The notes beneath the pieces were generated by a model. That model was not told the DNA's origin. It saw only the letters and a program-made list of their open reading frames with translations, and did no database searches. The translations under genes were made by a program, and so were the position numbers. This document shows positions 27,245-37,220 of a DNA stretch of 64,000 nucleotides, in pieces (within the stretch, counting starts at the first letter, position 1; each line of letters starts with the position of its first letter). Origin of the DNA: an uncultured virus (IMG/VR IMGVR_UViG_3300001687_000017) (Duplodnaviria; Heunggongvirae; Uroviricota; Caudoviricetes); IMG/VR virus record IMGVR_UViG_3300001687_000017. The stretch is one strand, 5' to 3'.

Positions 27245-28459
27245 ATGAATACACAGCAAGAAACCAAGGTCGCCGAGTTCAACAACGCATGGAAGGGCAG
27301 GGGCAGCCTGCGCAACCTCGTGGACGAGCTTAAGCGCCAGAAAGACACCCGGTTCGACTTTGTGTCGGACCTACGCCACCTGAACGTTCAGGAGGGCACG
27401 AACTGCCTGCTCCTGGGGCCGCAGACGCCCGAGGCGGGCGAGTGGCTGCCGGATGGACCCATCCCGTTCAACGCCAAAGCCGCCGGGCAGCTCGGCGACA
27501 AGTGCGATCCCAAGATTCCCCGGAAGTTCTTCGACGCGATGCTGGAGAAACGTGCCGGGCGGCTGGTGCAACTGATCAACGGCCTCCACACTGATAACCC
27601 CTCCAAGCGGCTTGTGCGCTGCCTCGACGGCAAAGTCCGGGCGTGGCTTTCGGACAGCTACCGCATTCTCGATAACTTCGACCTCGCGTTTACGTGCATG
27701 GACGCCGCCCAGCGGGTGGAAGCCCAGGTTCTGGAAGCAAATCTGTCGGACACGCACATGCGCATCAAATTCACCACCCAAAGCGTGTGGGACAAGGTGG
27801 ACATCACTCAGCGCAGCGGCCCGCAAGGCGGCTGGTTTGCCGGGGCACTCGGCAACCGCGACCTTCAGGGGCAGACCATTCTCGGGGCCACGATCCGCGA
27901 CGAGCTGCCCGGAGGTCCTGGCACCGTTCATCCCATCGTTACGGTCGGCAATTCCGAGACCGGCCACGGCGGGCTCCACGTCCGTATCGGCATCCTTATG
28001 GGCATCTGTTTCAATGTCGCCACGCTGGAGGACGTGATCACCCAAATCCACCTGGGCGAACGCATGGAAGAAGGCATTTTCTCCCAGGACACCATCGCCA
28101 CCGACAGCAAGGCCATCATGATGAAGGCCCGCGATGCCGTGCTGGCAGCCTTCGACCAGGAGAAATTCAAGGCGATGGTCGCCAAGGCCAAGAAGGCGCA
28201 ATCGGACACGATTGACAAGCCCAGCGCCGCCGTGGATCACCTGATCGAGGCCAGCGACATCAACCAGGAACACAAGGAAGCCCTGTTGGAGTACTTCCTC
28301 AAGGATTACGACCAGACCCGTTTCGGGCTGGCCCAGGCCGTCAGCCGCCTGGCGCAGGACATTGAGGACCCCGATGCGGCCCACGAGATGGAGCGGATCG
28401 CGGGCAACGTCATCAAGAACCCGTCCCTGGCCAAGGTGGAAGAGCTTGTCAGCGCCTAA
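27245..28459 (+). CDS. DUF932-like phage protein
   Basis: RLVRCLDGKVRAWLSDSYRILDN, NSETGHG, ICFN, TRFGLAQAVSRLAQD. Start at ATG 27245. Confidence 0.75.
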   Translation: MNTQQETKVAEFNNAWKGRGSLRNLVDELKRQKDTRFDFVSDLRHLNVQEGTNCLLLGPQTPEAGEWLPDGPIPFNAKAAGQLGDKCDPKIPRKFFDAMLEKRAGRLVQLINGLHTDNPSKRLVRCLDGKVRAWLSDSYRILDNFDLAFTCMDAAQRVEAQVLEANLSDTHMRIKFTTQSVWDKVDITQRSGPQGGWFAGALGNRDLQGQTILGATIRDELPGGPGTVHPIVTVGNSETGHGGLHVRIGILMGICFNVATLEDVITQIHLGERMEEGIFSQDTIATDSKAIMMKARDAVLAAFDQEKFKAMVAKAKKAQSDTIDKPSAAVDHLIEASDINQEHKEALLEYFLKDYDQTRFGLAQAVSRLAQDIEDPDAAHEMERIAGNVIKNPSLAKVEELVSA

Positions 28460-28478
28460 CGGCGCACGTCATAGCGAC

Positions 28479-28513
28479 AAGGGGCTGGTTCCCGAGAGGG
28501 GCCAGCCTTTTTA
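28479..28513. terminator. terminator between convergent operons
   Basis: GGGGCTGGTTCC..GGGCCAGCCTT stem followed by a T tract. Confidence 0.75.
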
Positions 28514-28795
28514 ATTGCAGGAAGGGCACGTAGCGGCTCGGCGACCGCCCCTGCCGCGCTTTCTCTGGCAGTGCCGGAGCGCGTTGACAGCCATCTGGAG
28601 GACCTCCGCGTCGTCGGTGAAGCACAGGGCGTCCGAGCGCTTGCGGGCAAAGTACATGCCCGGCGAAAATTCGTCTTCGGTGCCTTCGGGGCCAGGCGGC
28701 GTCGGCGGCGTCGGGACCAGCGGCAGGAAGTAGTCCGCGTAGTACTTCGCCGGGAAGTACTTTTGGAACCATCTGCTGATCTGCTGGCCTGCCAT
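28511..28795 (-). CDS. hypothetical protein
   Basis: TAATG coupling to the upstream gene. Confidence 0.6.
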   Translation of the reverse strand: MAGQQISRWFQKYFPAKYYADYFLPLVPTPPTPPGPEGTEDEFSPGMYFARKRSDALCFTDDAEVLQMAVNALRHCQRKRGRGGRRAATCPSCN

Positions 28796-29430
28796 TATGG
28801 TGTTGCGTTGAGCGTGACCGTAAGCCGTTCCTGGTCAGTCGGGTCGATGTCCGATGTGACCCTGGACACCGTGCCGGTGGAGACTTGCAGGAATTGCACC
28901 TGGTCTCCAATAACTACCGATTTGCCCAGCTGAACGGCGGCGATCAGCCGGTAGAGGGCCTCGGCGCTGTAGCCTGCGTCGATGATGTGGCTCCAAACGG
29001 CTTGGCTGATCTGAGCGATGTTCAGGTCCGTCAAGGCCCCGCTGGTCTCGATGGCGCTCGGGAGCGTGGATGTTCGGCGCTCCACGGCGATGCTGAAACA
29101 GGGGTCCATCAGGGTGTAGTCCATGATGGGGTCGCCCGCGAACTCCGGGAAGATGTTGCCTGCCAGAATCAGCTTCGAGGAATGGTAAAGCGTAATTGGT
29201 GCAATCCTCCAACCATTGATGAGAAAAAAGGTGGCCCCGACGTATTCGCCACCACCGATCGGCTCGCCGCCGATGTTGCTGAAGGCCGCAACCCACTTGG
29301 AATTGTCGCCGGTTAGCACCCATTCCTTCCAACGGGAATAGAGCCATTGAACATCGACCGTCAGTGTGGTCTCGCCAGACTCAAACTGAACGATGATGTT
29401 CTTCTCATTCCCATCGAAGGTCAGGATCAT
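28795..29430 (-). CDS. putative virion protein (LYS..KEW domain)
   Basis: VDVQWLYSRWKEW...FFLINGWRI; shares this motif with 31517-33418. Confidence 0.7.
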   Translation of the reverse strand: MILTFDGNEKNIIVQFESGETTLTVDVQWLYSRWKEWVLTGDNSKWVAAFSNIGGEPIGGGEYVGATFFLINGWRIAPITLYHSSKLILAGNIFPEFAGDPIMDYTLMDPCFSIAVERRTSTLPSAIETSGALTDLNIAQISQAVWSHIIDAGYSAEALYRLIAAVQLGKSVVIGDQVQFLQVSTGTVSRVTSDIDPTDQERLTVTLNATP

Positions 29431-29432
29431 CG

Positions 29433-31061
29433 CTACGGGTTCAGGTATTGCCGGTCGATCACTTGAAAGACCGGCACGATTTGGTTTGTGGTTGCACTGT
29501 AATTCTCAATCGACGTGTTTTGATAGGCCAAACAGATGATGCGGATGTCCACAGCCTCGCCGCTGGGCAGGCTGAATGTGTGCTCGCCGGTCGTCACGTC
29601 TTCGGCCCCGGTTCCAGGAACTTCGTCGGTCGTCCCATAGTAGAACACGCGAATCTCGGTATGATTTTGCAGGCCGGTCAGGGTGATGTTGACCGAGGAC
29701 ACAAAGATGATGAGCGCGCCGTTGGACCGGTAGGACGGCGTGGACATGCCGGTCAGGTTGACGGTGACGGTTCCGGTGGTTCTCAGGAATTTAAGGGCGG
29801 CGTCGTCGGTGTTGTTTGACCCGTTGTAGTTGGCGAACGTAATTTCATTCAGGGTCAAATTTGTTCCAGTGTCCGTGCCGAAGGCAATGGCGTGGCAGTT
29901 GTTAACCCCGGTGAGCCCCTTGCTGAAGTACATTTCGTCCAGAAGGCCGTTTGGATCGATGGTACCGGTCCAAAACAAGGCCGCCGTGTCAGTGGCAACC
30001 TGGGAGGCTACGACCTCGCACCCGGTCAGGTCGGCTCCACGCGGGGTAATCGTGCCGCAGCGCTGAAACAAGGTATTCGTGACTGTGGAGTTTGGGTTGA
30101 ATGCGAACGTGTCCCATCGGATGAACTGACAGGCGTCAATGTTTACGTTCGCGTCCTCCAGCACCGCGAGTTTGCCCTTATTGACGGTGCTGATCGGCGA
30201 ATTACCGTCCCAAATCGAGTTGAAAATGATGTTGCTCCAGTTGATCCACGAGTTTGGATTTTGAATCTGAATCTGCGTGAAATTCGCACCAACGCGAGGG
30301 CAGTCGTCGAGCGTGATCTGCCTGTCTGCGTCGCTGAAATTGACGATGGTGCCGTAGCCGAGCGTAATCAGCCCCTTCCAAAGGTAGCCGCCACCCTGCT
30401 CACGGAACAGGCCCCAGCGGTTGGACTGCTGGTCATTTTGCAGGGCCATGCCGTCGAAAGTGGCGTAACCGTTGGTTTCGTCGCCTCCCCAAACGCGGTA
30501 TTGACCGCGACCCCACCGGGCCGCGTCAGCAGCGAAAGGATTTCCTTTGCTGATGCCAGTGGTGGTAGAAGCCGCGAGCCCAGCGTACTGGTAATTGCCA
30601 GCTGTTGGTGTGCCGACCGTACCGTCGGCGGTCACCCTGGGGTCGACGGCGACATTTTTCCATCCGCCGTACGGGTTGGGCGGGTAGTCCTCACCGCCCG
30701 AGAGAAAGTACCTGAAAGCTCCACGGCTATTGCCTGCGACAACCATCTGGCCTGGGAAGGCGGAAGAAGTGCCCGCTACGTCGTCTAGGGCGTTGGGCGC
30801 AGCCCAATACTGCCAAATGAATATGGCACCGTCTGTTGGCAGCGCTGGATTCGTCCCGGCATTGGCGATAAGGGTGCATTTGCCGGTCTTGGTCATCGTC
30901 GATGACATGCAGCCCGCACCCTGGATGTAGTAGTCCGTCTCGATCGACAGCGTCTGCGGAACGCCATCGTCCCAGTTACCGTCCGTGGACTCGTCCCAGT
31001 TCGTCGTGGCCTCGGCGAGGTCGAACGTGCTTAGGTCAGTCTGGTAGGTTGGGGCTCCCAT
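29433..31061 (-). CDS. putative virion appendage protein (T/N/G-rich, beta-helix-like)
   Basis: 542 aa rich in Thr/Asn/Gly; ends DRQYLNP, similar to the neighbour's ERNYANP. Confidence 0.7.
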   Translation of the reverse strand: MGAPTYQTDLSTFDLAEATTNWDESTDGNWDDGVPQTLSIETDYYIQGAGCMSSTMTKTGKCTLIANAGTNPALPTDGAIFIWQYWAAPNALDDVAGTSSAFPGQMVVAGNSRGAFRYFLSGGEDYPPNPYGGWKNVAVDPRVTADGTVGTPTAGNYQYAGLAASTTTGISKGNPFAADAARWGRGQYRVWGGDETNGYATFDGMALQNDQQSNRWGLFREQGGGYLWKGLITLGYGTIVNFSDADRQITLDDCPRVGANFTQIQIQNPNSWINWSNIIFNSIWDGNSPISTVNKGKLAVLEDANVNIDACQFIRWDTFAFNPNSTVTNTLFQRCGTITPRGADLTGCEVVASQVATDTAALFWTGTIDPNGLLDEMYFSKGLTGVNNCHAIAFGTDTGTNLTLNEITFANYNGSNNTDDAALKFLRTTGTVTVNLTGMSTPSYRSNGALIIFVSSVNITLTGLQNHTEIRVFYYGTTDEVPGTGAEDVTTGEHTFSLPSGEAVDIRIICLAYQNTSIENYSATTNQIVPVFQVIDRQYLNP

Positions 31062-31501
31062 TGTCTTTCCTTGTTCAGAGCCGCTCCAAGAGCGTTAAAA
31101 ACCTCCTGCGGCGTCCTGCCTCGGCTGGACAGCAGCACGTGCTTGGCGCTTCCGATGCCAATGACGCAATCAATGCCGTTTCGGAGCATCGACCGAATAA
31201 GATCGCTGGCTAAGCCCATCTTCCAGGCCGACGGAGTCGTGGGGTCGACTAGGCCGATGGCCGTCTGTTCGTCGACGTACTCAAAAACGACCCCACTTCG
31301 GTCGGGCCGGAGGTCGTCGGGGAAGTCCTGGCGGCGCAGCCACAGGCAGGTGTATTCCGCGCATGCGGCAGGGCGGTAAGACTCGTGCCAGATGCGGCAG
31401 CTTGTCCGCGTACAGTGCTCGCACCAGTCTCCGGCCTTCTTACCGAGCGCAGCTACCGGGACAAGTTTGCAGCATAGGGCACATGGTCCGCACTGGCGCA
31501 T
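31031..31501 (-). CDS. YkgJ-like Cys-cluster (zinc/iron-chelating) protein
   Basis: CGPCALCC, WCEHC...C.I...RP..C..Y.CLWL, LRPDRSGVV. Confidence 0.85.
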   Translation of the reverse strand: MRQCGPCALCCKLVPVAALGKKAGDWCEHCTRTSCRIWHESYRPAACAEYTCLWLRRQDFPDDLRPDRSGVVFEYVDEQTAIGLVDPTTPSAWKMGLASDLIRSMLRNGIDCVIGIGSAKHVLLSSRGRTPQEVFNALGAALNKERQWEPQPTRLT

Positions 31502-31516
31502 CGCTTAGGGCAACTA

Positions 31517-33418
31517 TTACGGATTGGCATAGTTACGTTCAAGCGGCGCGATCAAGGAAACGCTGTTCGTAACCGCCCGAGCGATCGTGCTCGTGGCCCG
31601 GACATACTGGCTGGTGTTTAACCCGATGGCAACCGCCGTAATCGGCGCATCCAGCGGCGGCGTCCGGCCACCCTGAATGTTGCCGTCATAGTTAAACGAC
31701 CGCTGAATCGAGGTCTGCCCGCCAACCGTTCCTGTCATGTCGACGCTCACGTTGTCCTGAACGAGGATCGCGGAGGTCGAATTGAACGGGTTGTAATAGA
31801 GCGTCACCGAGGGGCCGGGGCCTTCGTTGGTGAAGAACTCGTCACCGCTGTCCGCCTTTTTGACCCACACACTGCCCGAATAGCCCTGGCCCTGGGCCTC
31901 GTACATCCCGTTGTTGTTCGTGCCGACGAACCCGCTGACCAAAAACTGCTCGAACGGGCTGATTTCCGACAGGTCGGTTACGGTGCCGTAGCTGGTCAGC
32001 GTGCCGTAGAGTGATCCGGCGCTGGTCATGGCCAGGTCGGTGCCGGTGACCGAATGGGTGTAGGTGAACCAGACCCAGTAGGTGGAGGCCGTGTCGTTGA
32101 CGACGTTCGCGCCGAAGTTGATCGTCAGCGCGGCCACGTACGGATAGGTCCTTGAAACGCCGCCGTTGTCGTAGAATTCCAGCCGGTTCGTGTCCGAAGC
32201 CTGGAAGCCCTCGATGATGACGCCCGAACCGCCGCCGTTGGGGTTGGTCGGAATGCCGCCGCCGCAGATCAGTGTGTCACCGACAAAAAGCAGCAGCTCG
32301 TCGGCAATCTTACCGATGACCGTTTGGTCCGTGGAGTCGATGTCGCTGTTCTGGCGCAGGAGGTACTGGACCTTCGTGTAAATCTCCTCGGCGCTCGCCG
32401 TAATCGGCGTGGCTCGTTGGAGCGTAAACGAAACGTTTGTGTCGCCCGTGAATGGGCCACCGGAGATGTTGACCGTCGTGCCAGTGGCCGTTGTGATCGT
32501 GTAGATGCCCTTGTCGACGCCTTCATGGACTGTCAGGGTGCCGCCGTCGTAGGTCGTGGCGGGGATGCCGCCTTCTGCTGACGTAAGCGTCGTGCCCGAG
32601 GTCGTGCCGTCGACGCCAGACATCGTGCCCGCGTCGATGACGATGCCGAAGTTTCGGCCCACGCCTGGCGTGTCCACGTCCCGCGTAAACGCCTGGTCGA
32701 AGTACCGAATGAGGATTTGCGTGTACGGGGTCGTCGTGGACACGGTGGCGTCATCATCGGTGATCTGGAGGTCGGTGCCCGTCGATAGCGGGAACCGGTA
32801 CGCCTGCGGGGCAAGAGACGTAACACCGATGTCCGACAGTGTGGACGATCCGTAAAGCTGCGCGTACTCACGGACGTAGATCGTAAACACCGTTCGGTAG
32901 TCGAAGTCAGGCGATCCGTCACCGTTGTCGTCCCGGTAGGTCTGAACGGCCTGGTTAACCTGGCCGGTCAACTGCGTGTTGGTCGCGCCCACGCCCTGGT
33001 TGTAGTAGAGCTGATCGTCGGTCTCGATCGTGCCCAGGCCGATGATACCGGCCCATTGCTGGGTGAAGTTGCCTGCTGTATTTCGGACCGACCAGCCTGC
33101 GTCACGGAGAAGGTAGCGCCCCGCATCGTCGTACATGTCCCAGCCGTCCACGAACTCGAAGGACTCATCCGTAATCGGGACAAGCGGGAATGGGAAAGCC
33201 GCCAGGTTTTTGCTGTTCGGGTCGTTCTTCCATTCCTCCTTCAGGAAGGAATACAGGGCCTTCAGCGTGACACCATTTTCGTTTTGAACGCCTGAACTCG
33301 ACAGATTGCCCGTCACTGTGAGCCGAATGGTCTTGTCGTTTACGTTGACGAAGACCTCGGTCGTGCCGGTATATGTCGCCTCATCATTCAGATCGTCGGG
33401 ATCAATGATTTTTGCCAT
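31517..33418 (-). CDS. putative virion structural protein
   Basis: MAKIIDPDDL, GVTLKALYSFLKEEW; Thr/Gly-rich; in a late-motif operon. Confidence 0.75.
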   Translation of the reverse strand: MAKIIDPDDLNDEATYTGTTEVFVNVNDKTIRLTVTGNLSSSGVQNENGVTLKALYSFLKEEWKNDPNSKNLAAFPFPLVPITDESFEFVDGWDMYDDAGRYLLRDAGWSVRNTAGNFTQQWAGIIGLGTIETDDQLYYNQGVGATNTQLTGQVNQAVQTYRDDNGDGSPDFDYRTVFTIYVREYAQLYGSSTLSDIGVTSLAPQAYRFPLSTGTDLQITDDDATVSTTTPYTQILIRYFDQAFTRDVDTPGVGRNFGIVIDAGTMSGVDGTTSGTTLTSAEGGIPATTYDGGTLTVHEGVDKGIYTITTATGTTVNISGGPFTGDTNVSFTLQRATPITASAEEIYTKVQYLLRQNSDIDSTDQTVIGKIADELLLFVGDTLICGGGIPTNPNGGGSGVIIEGFQASDTNRLEFYDNGGVSRTYPYVAALTINFGANVVNDTASTYWVWFTYTHSVTGTDLAMTSAGSLYGTLTSYGTVTDLSEISPFEQFLVSGFVGTNNNGMYEAQGQGYSGSVWVKKADSGDEFFTNEGPGPSVTLYYNPFNSTSAILVQDNVSVDMTGTVGGQTSIQRSFNYDGNIQGGRTPPLDAPITAVAIGLNTSQYVRATSTIARAVTNSVSLIAPLERNYANP

Positions 33419-33438
33419 AGCTCAAATTCGTTTACGGG

Positions 33439-33768
33439 TTACAGCTCTTGCACTAACATGTCCGAGATGAGGCCCTGGTCGTTACGCTTCACCGTGAAGC
33501 GGTATTGAGACTTCCCCTGGTTCATCACGAAATTGTCCTGGATGTGTGGCCTGCCGTCCGGCGGGCCTGTTTCGTCCGATTTCTCGGGCTTTTCAGGCCG
33601 CTCCGAAGACATTTGCTGCAAAACCTGGGCGACCAGCGCCTTCAAATCCTGCGGCGGAGACCCCGGCTGCCCGGCTTCCTCCCCGTTGAACACGATGACC
33701 GTGCCTTCCTGGAGCGAAGCCGCCCGGCGCGGGACCATACTGTCCAGCAACGTTCGTGCTCTCGACAT
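33439..33768 (-). CDS. hypothetical late protein
   Basis: TAGTTAAG motif 4 nt upstream of ATG. Confidence 0.7.
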   Translation of the reverse strand: MSRARTLLDSMVPRRAASLQEGTVIVFNGEEAGQPGSPPQDLKALVAQVLQQMSSERPEKPEKSDETGPPDGRPHIQDNFVMNQGKSQYRFTVKRNDQGLISDMLVQEL

Positions 33769-33815
33769 ACGCCTTAACTACGCGTGCCGCTGGGTGATCC
33801 CGTTCTTACCGACGT

Positions 33816-34076
33816 ATGCGAATCGTCAAATACCGCAAGAGCAGCGACGGACCCTGGCAGCGTGGCATCCTTCACGGCTTCCTGGCCTCGGGTGGAACAA
33901 CGGTCACCGCGATCGTCGAGCAAATCGAGGGTCCCAACAAAAGCATGTGCGACACCTGCGCTGTCACCCTGGAGACTTTCGGCTTCGAGCAGGGGACCGA
34001 GGACTTCATCCGGGAGCAGCAGATGGCTCGGGCTCGGATGATGGGCGGGCCTGGCGGCCCGATCATTCCGGGTTAA
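33816..34076 (+). CDS. hypothetical protein
   Basis: CGTTCTT motif 14 nt upstream of ATG. Confidence 0.65.
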   Translation: MRIVKYRKSSDGPWQRGILHGFLASGGTTVTAIVEQIEGPNKSMCDTCAVTLETFGFEQGTEDFIREQQMARARMMGGPGGPIIPG

Positions 34077-34177
34077 TTTGCTCCGTTATCGGAGCAAAAT
34101 TGGGCAGACCTCCACAGGCGTTCACAAAAATTCCATTATTTGTTTGACTGGTCAAGCCAAAAAAGTAAACGTGAGGC

Positions 34178-34924
34178 GTGATCAAGCTGTTCCACGGCAA
34201 TTATGCCGACAAGATCGATGGACGTTTCGATCTGATATTGGTCATGCCGCCGTGGAACATGCCGGGTCGCAAAATAAATGTAGGAGACCGCGCTTACTTT
34301 GACGGTTTACCGGAGTCGTCTTACGAGCTGAGCCAAGTAGCTCTTTGTGTGTGGTGCCACGCACACCTGGTTAAAGGTGGACAGGTCGTTTATCACCATC
34401 AAAATAGGCGTGTGCGTGGCCGCTTGATCAGCCCGCTTGCGTGGCTGAGTGCTAAAGAGCGCCACCGACTTGTGGTTCAAGAGGAAGTCGTCATCGCAAA
34501 GGGCAATTCCAACAATTACGGTAAACATTTTCTTTTGCCCACGACGGAGCGCCTCTGGGTACTGCGCAGAATTGAGGATAGCCCTTCCGACTGCTACAGC
34601 GAGGCAAAGCCTGACGCTCTCTCAGAGCGCTGCGGTAACAGCACGCACGATCTTTGGCGTTTTAGTGGCCGAATCCACGGTGCCCCGCACAGCGCTGTGA
34701 TGCTACCCGAAATGGCCTACAGAATAATTCAGAAATGGAGCAGGCCAGGTGCTTTGGTCTGTGATCCTTACCTTGGCACCGGTACCACCATGCTTGCGGC
34801 ACACCAACTGGGCCGATCCTTCGTGGGCGCAGAAATTAAGCTGGCTTTCTTCAAAATCGCTCAAAGATCGCTAGAAAAACTAAACCGAACCTATGCGCAC
34901 CAAAGTAACCGTCACAAAAGTTAA
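34178..34924 (+). CDS. N6A/N4C DNA methyltransferase (beta-type motif order), atypical motif IV
   Basis: FDLILVMPPWN (normally D/N/S-PP-Y/W); H.AVM...MA.RII..WSRPGALVCDPYLGTGTT..AA..LGRSFVGAEI. Confidence 0.85.
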   Translation: MIKLFHGNYADKIDGRFDLILVMPPWNMPGRKINVGDRAYFDGLPESSYELSQVALCVWCHAHLVKGGQVVYHHQNRRVRGRLISPLAWLSAKERHRLVVQEEVVIAKGNSNNYGKHFLLPTTERLWVLRRIEDSPSDCYSEAKPDALSERCGNSTHDLWRFSGRIHGAPHSAVMLPEMAYRIIQKWSRPGALVCDPYLGTGTTMLAAHQLGRSFVGAEIKLAFFKIAQRSLEKLNRTYAHQSNRHKS

Positions 34925-36278
34925 GGACCTTGCCTCCGAAATAAGAATTCCAGCGTTCAAAGACGTTTCCTATGAAATGCTTAAGCGCTTTCCTGGAGTC
35001 CGTCCGCTGTTGGTCGCCGTTGGCAAGCCGAAGGTTATGCACGCGACGTACCATCGAGGGCAATATGAATTTGGGGTATGGCTTACGGCGGAAATGGCAA
35101 AGGCGCTGGGCGAGGCCGAGCGCTACGTGCCCAGGGACAAACAAAAAGGCGACTTTCTAAAACAACGAACCAAGGAATTTTCCAAAATACAGGTCGATGG
35201 CGGTGGTAAGCCTGGTTTGGGAGAGGCGCTGGTGACCACTGAGGGAAAAATCGTGGAAAAGAACCACTGGATTCAGGCCATCGGCGATTCAAAAGTTGCA
35301 CAGTTCATCAGATTCAGAGTTGGTGTGAGCCCGGATTTGGAAGGCCCCAGCGGTAACAACAGGGCGCGGCACATCAGGCTCAGGTTGGCTCTTGACGGAA
35401 AACCGGTGCTGTGCAGCGTCCGCGAATGGCCTTATGTTTCAGGGTACTATCGTCACTACTGTTTGGTCCGCAATGCGGTCGATACGGCGTACGCAAAGTT
35501 CTTGGTTGCTAACCGGCCTTTAATTAACTGGGTTGATGGCTACCTTCCTACCGTTATCAATCGAGAGGCCATGAAGACAGCGCTTTTCGTTGCGGTACAA
35601 ACTATGGGCAAAGATAAGATGCTTCCATTTCTGAAAGCACTCAAAAACAAGGATATTTCGACTCCGTGGGTGGCCGAGTACTTGCAAATACCCGTCCTCG
35701 CTAGAGGTAAAGAAAGGGACGCTGTTTGGGAAATGTCCCAAAGTTTCTTGATCGGTATGCGGGACGGCAAAAGACCCAGCACAAAAATCGTGTCCTCCCG
35801 TAGATGGGACAAAACAGTGGGAGAGTCGGTCGTTGAAGACCAGTTGCACGACCAGAACGACGTGGCCGTCGTTCGCAGGGCGCTTGGCGTCACCAGAGAA
35901 CAGGCGAAACGCCTTGTTGGCTACGCCAGGTCTTGTGATGACTTTGAGGCCGCCTTAAAGCATTTGCGGGGAATACCGAAGCAGGAGCTTGTGTTTTTGA
36001 TCGGTGAGGCCAAGCGCCTTGCTCGGTCTATGACTACCTTCAGCTTGCGGGCCGCCCTTCGTTTCGTGATCGGACATTACAATGACAAATACTTATCCTA
36101 CATGCTTGGAGGGATCACTCACGCGATGTTGGTGGATAGCTGGAATGCTGTCCGCAACGACAGCTCGCGAAGATCGTTGACCCCGTTGGAACAGCTTAGC
36201 TTCGATCTGCCGTGGTTGGAAACTTACTATCAGGAATCCGTAGCCAAAATCAAAGCCTATGAAAAAATCTCGCGTTAA
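34893..36278 (+). CDS. hypothetical protein, possibly with a degenerate ParB-like N-terminal domain
   Basis: LTAEMAKAL...GEALVTTEGKIVEKNHWIQAI resembles ITPEMA...GE.I...G.L.DGQHRL.AI; lower-GC codon usage. Confidence 0.6.
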   Translation: MRTKVTVTKVKDLASEIRIPAFKDVSYEMLKRFPGVRPLLVAVGKPKVMHATYHRGQYEFGVWLTAEMAKALGEAERYVPRDKQKGDFLKQRTKEFSKIQVDGGGKPGLGEALVTTEGKIVEKNHWIQAIGDSKVAQFIRFRVGVSPDLEGPSGNNRARHIRLRLALDGKPVLCSVREWPYVSGYYRHYCLVRNAVDTAYAKFLVANRPLINWVDGYLPTVINREAMKTALFVAVQTMGKDKMLPFLKALKNKDISTPWVAEYLQIPVLARGKERDAVWEMSQSFLIGMRDGKRPSTKIVSSRRWDKTVGESVVEDQLHDQNDVAVVRRALGVTREQAKRLVGYARSCDDFEAALKHLRGIPKQELVFLIGEAKRLARSMTTFSLRAALRFVIGHYNDKYLSYMLGGITHAMLVDSWNAVRNDSSRRSLTPLEQLSFDLPWLETYYQESVAKIKAYEKISR

Positions 36279-36450
36279 AGTCACAGGGCCTAAAAAGCAG
36301 TTTGGCCCTACCGAGCCTAGAAGGTGCCCGATCGACGGTCAGCTGTTTGCGTCGCCAGCACAAAAAGACGAACACATGCGAAAAGCGCACGGCTTTAAGC
36401 GGGAGCGGGTTTAATCACCCCGTCGAGCAGAACGACATCGGACCGAAAAC

Positions 36451-36482
36451 AAAAGCCCCGCCCAAGCGCTGGCGGGGCTTTT
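36451..36482. terminator. bidirectional-type intrinsic terminator
   Basis: AAAAGCCCCGCC-loop-GGCGGGGCTTTT. Confidence 0.8.
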
Positions 36483-36531
36483 GAGTTGAGCGGCTAAACG
36501 CGGTGTGTATTTAGGCAAATGCGATAAGCGT

Positions 36532-36885
36532 ATGCCTGTATCCATCAGAAAACTCGACGGAAAGTACCGGGTCAGCACGCCCGGAGGCGTCAAGGCCCGC
36601 AGCACTACCAAAAAGAAGGCAGAACGCCAGGCTACCCTCCTGCGCGCCATCGACCACGGCTGGGAGCCCACCGGGGAACCGGCCCGTGAATCGGTTGAGG
36701 ACGCCGGGGCGCGCCTGGCCAAGCTGATTCTGGACGGGGACAACGCGCCGGTCGACGAGCCACTGGAGCGATCCTTCGTGGAGCCGACCAAGTTTGGGGC
36801 CAAGGGGCTGACCTCGCCGGAAGGGAAAACGGCGGGCAAGTTCCGCACGCCGCGCAACTGGAAAGTCGGCCACGCCATGAAGTGA
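36532..36885 (+). CDS. hypothetical late protein
   Basis: MPVSIRK...TTKKKAERQ..LLRAI, a pattern common in phages; TATTTAGG motif upstream. Confidence 0.7.
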   Translation: MPVSIRKLDGKYRVSTPGGVKARSTTKKKAERQATLLRAIDHGWEPTGEPARESVEDAGARLAKLILDGDNAPVDEPLERSFVEPTKFGAKGLTSPEGKTAGKFRTPRNWKVGHAMK

Positions 36886-37217
36886 TGCCCAGCCCGGAGG
36901 CCATCGTTCTCGCCAGCCAAGTCCTGGAAATGGACTCGGTGAGGCGTTTTCTGGCCAAGCACGACATCTGGCGCACGCGGGAGCTGAAGGTCATTCCCGA
37001 CCAGGTCTACCAGGGCTACTACAAGATTCCTCTGCTGGATCGCCGAGGCGAAGGCTGGTACAATCTGTTCCGGCCCCAAAAGAACCCCAAGGCCGAGTTG
37101 AAAAAGCGGCTTCAGCACCTGGTCCAGAATCGGCGGGGCTACCAGCCAGGCGACATTTTCCTGAGCCCTTGGGGCCGTTTTCTCGTGACCGACGTTCTTG
37201 GTATTAAGGAAATCTAG
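36885..37217 (+). CDS. hypothetical protein
   Basis: TGATG coupling; directly precedes the tape measure gene. Confidence 0.7.
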   Translation: MPSPEAIVLASQVLEMDSVRRFLAKHDIWRTRELKVIPDQVYQGYYKIPLLDRRGEGWYNLFRPQKNPKAELKKRLQHLVQNRRGYQPGDIFLSPWGRFLVTDVLGIKEI

Positions 37218-37220
37218 CCA

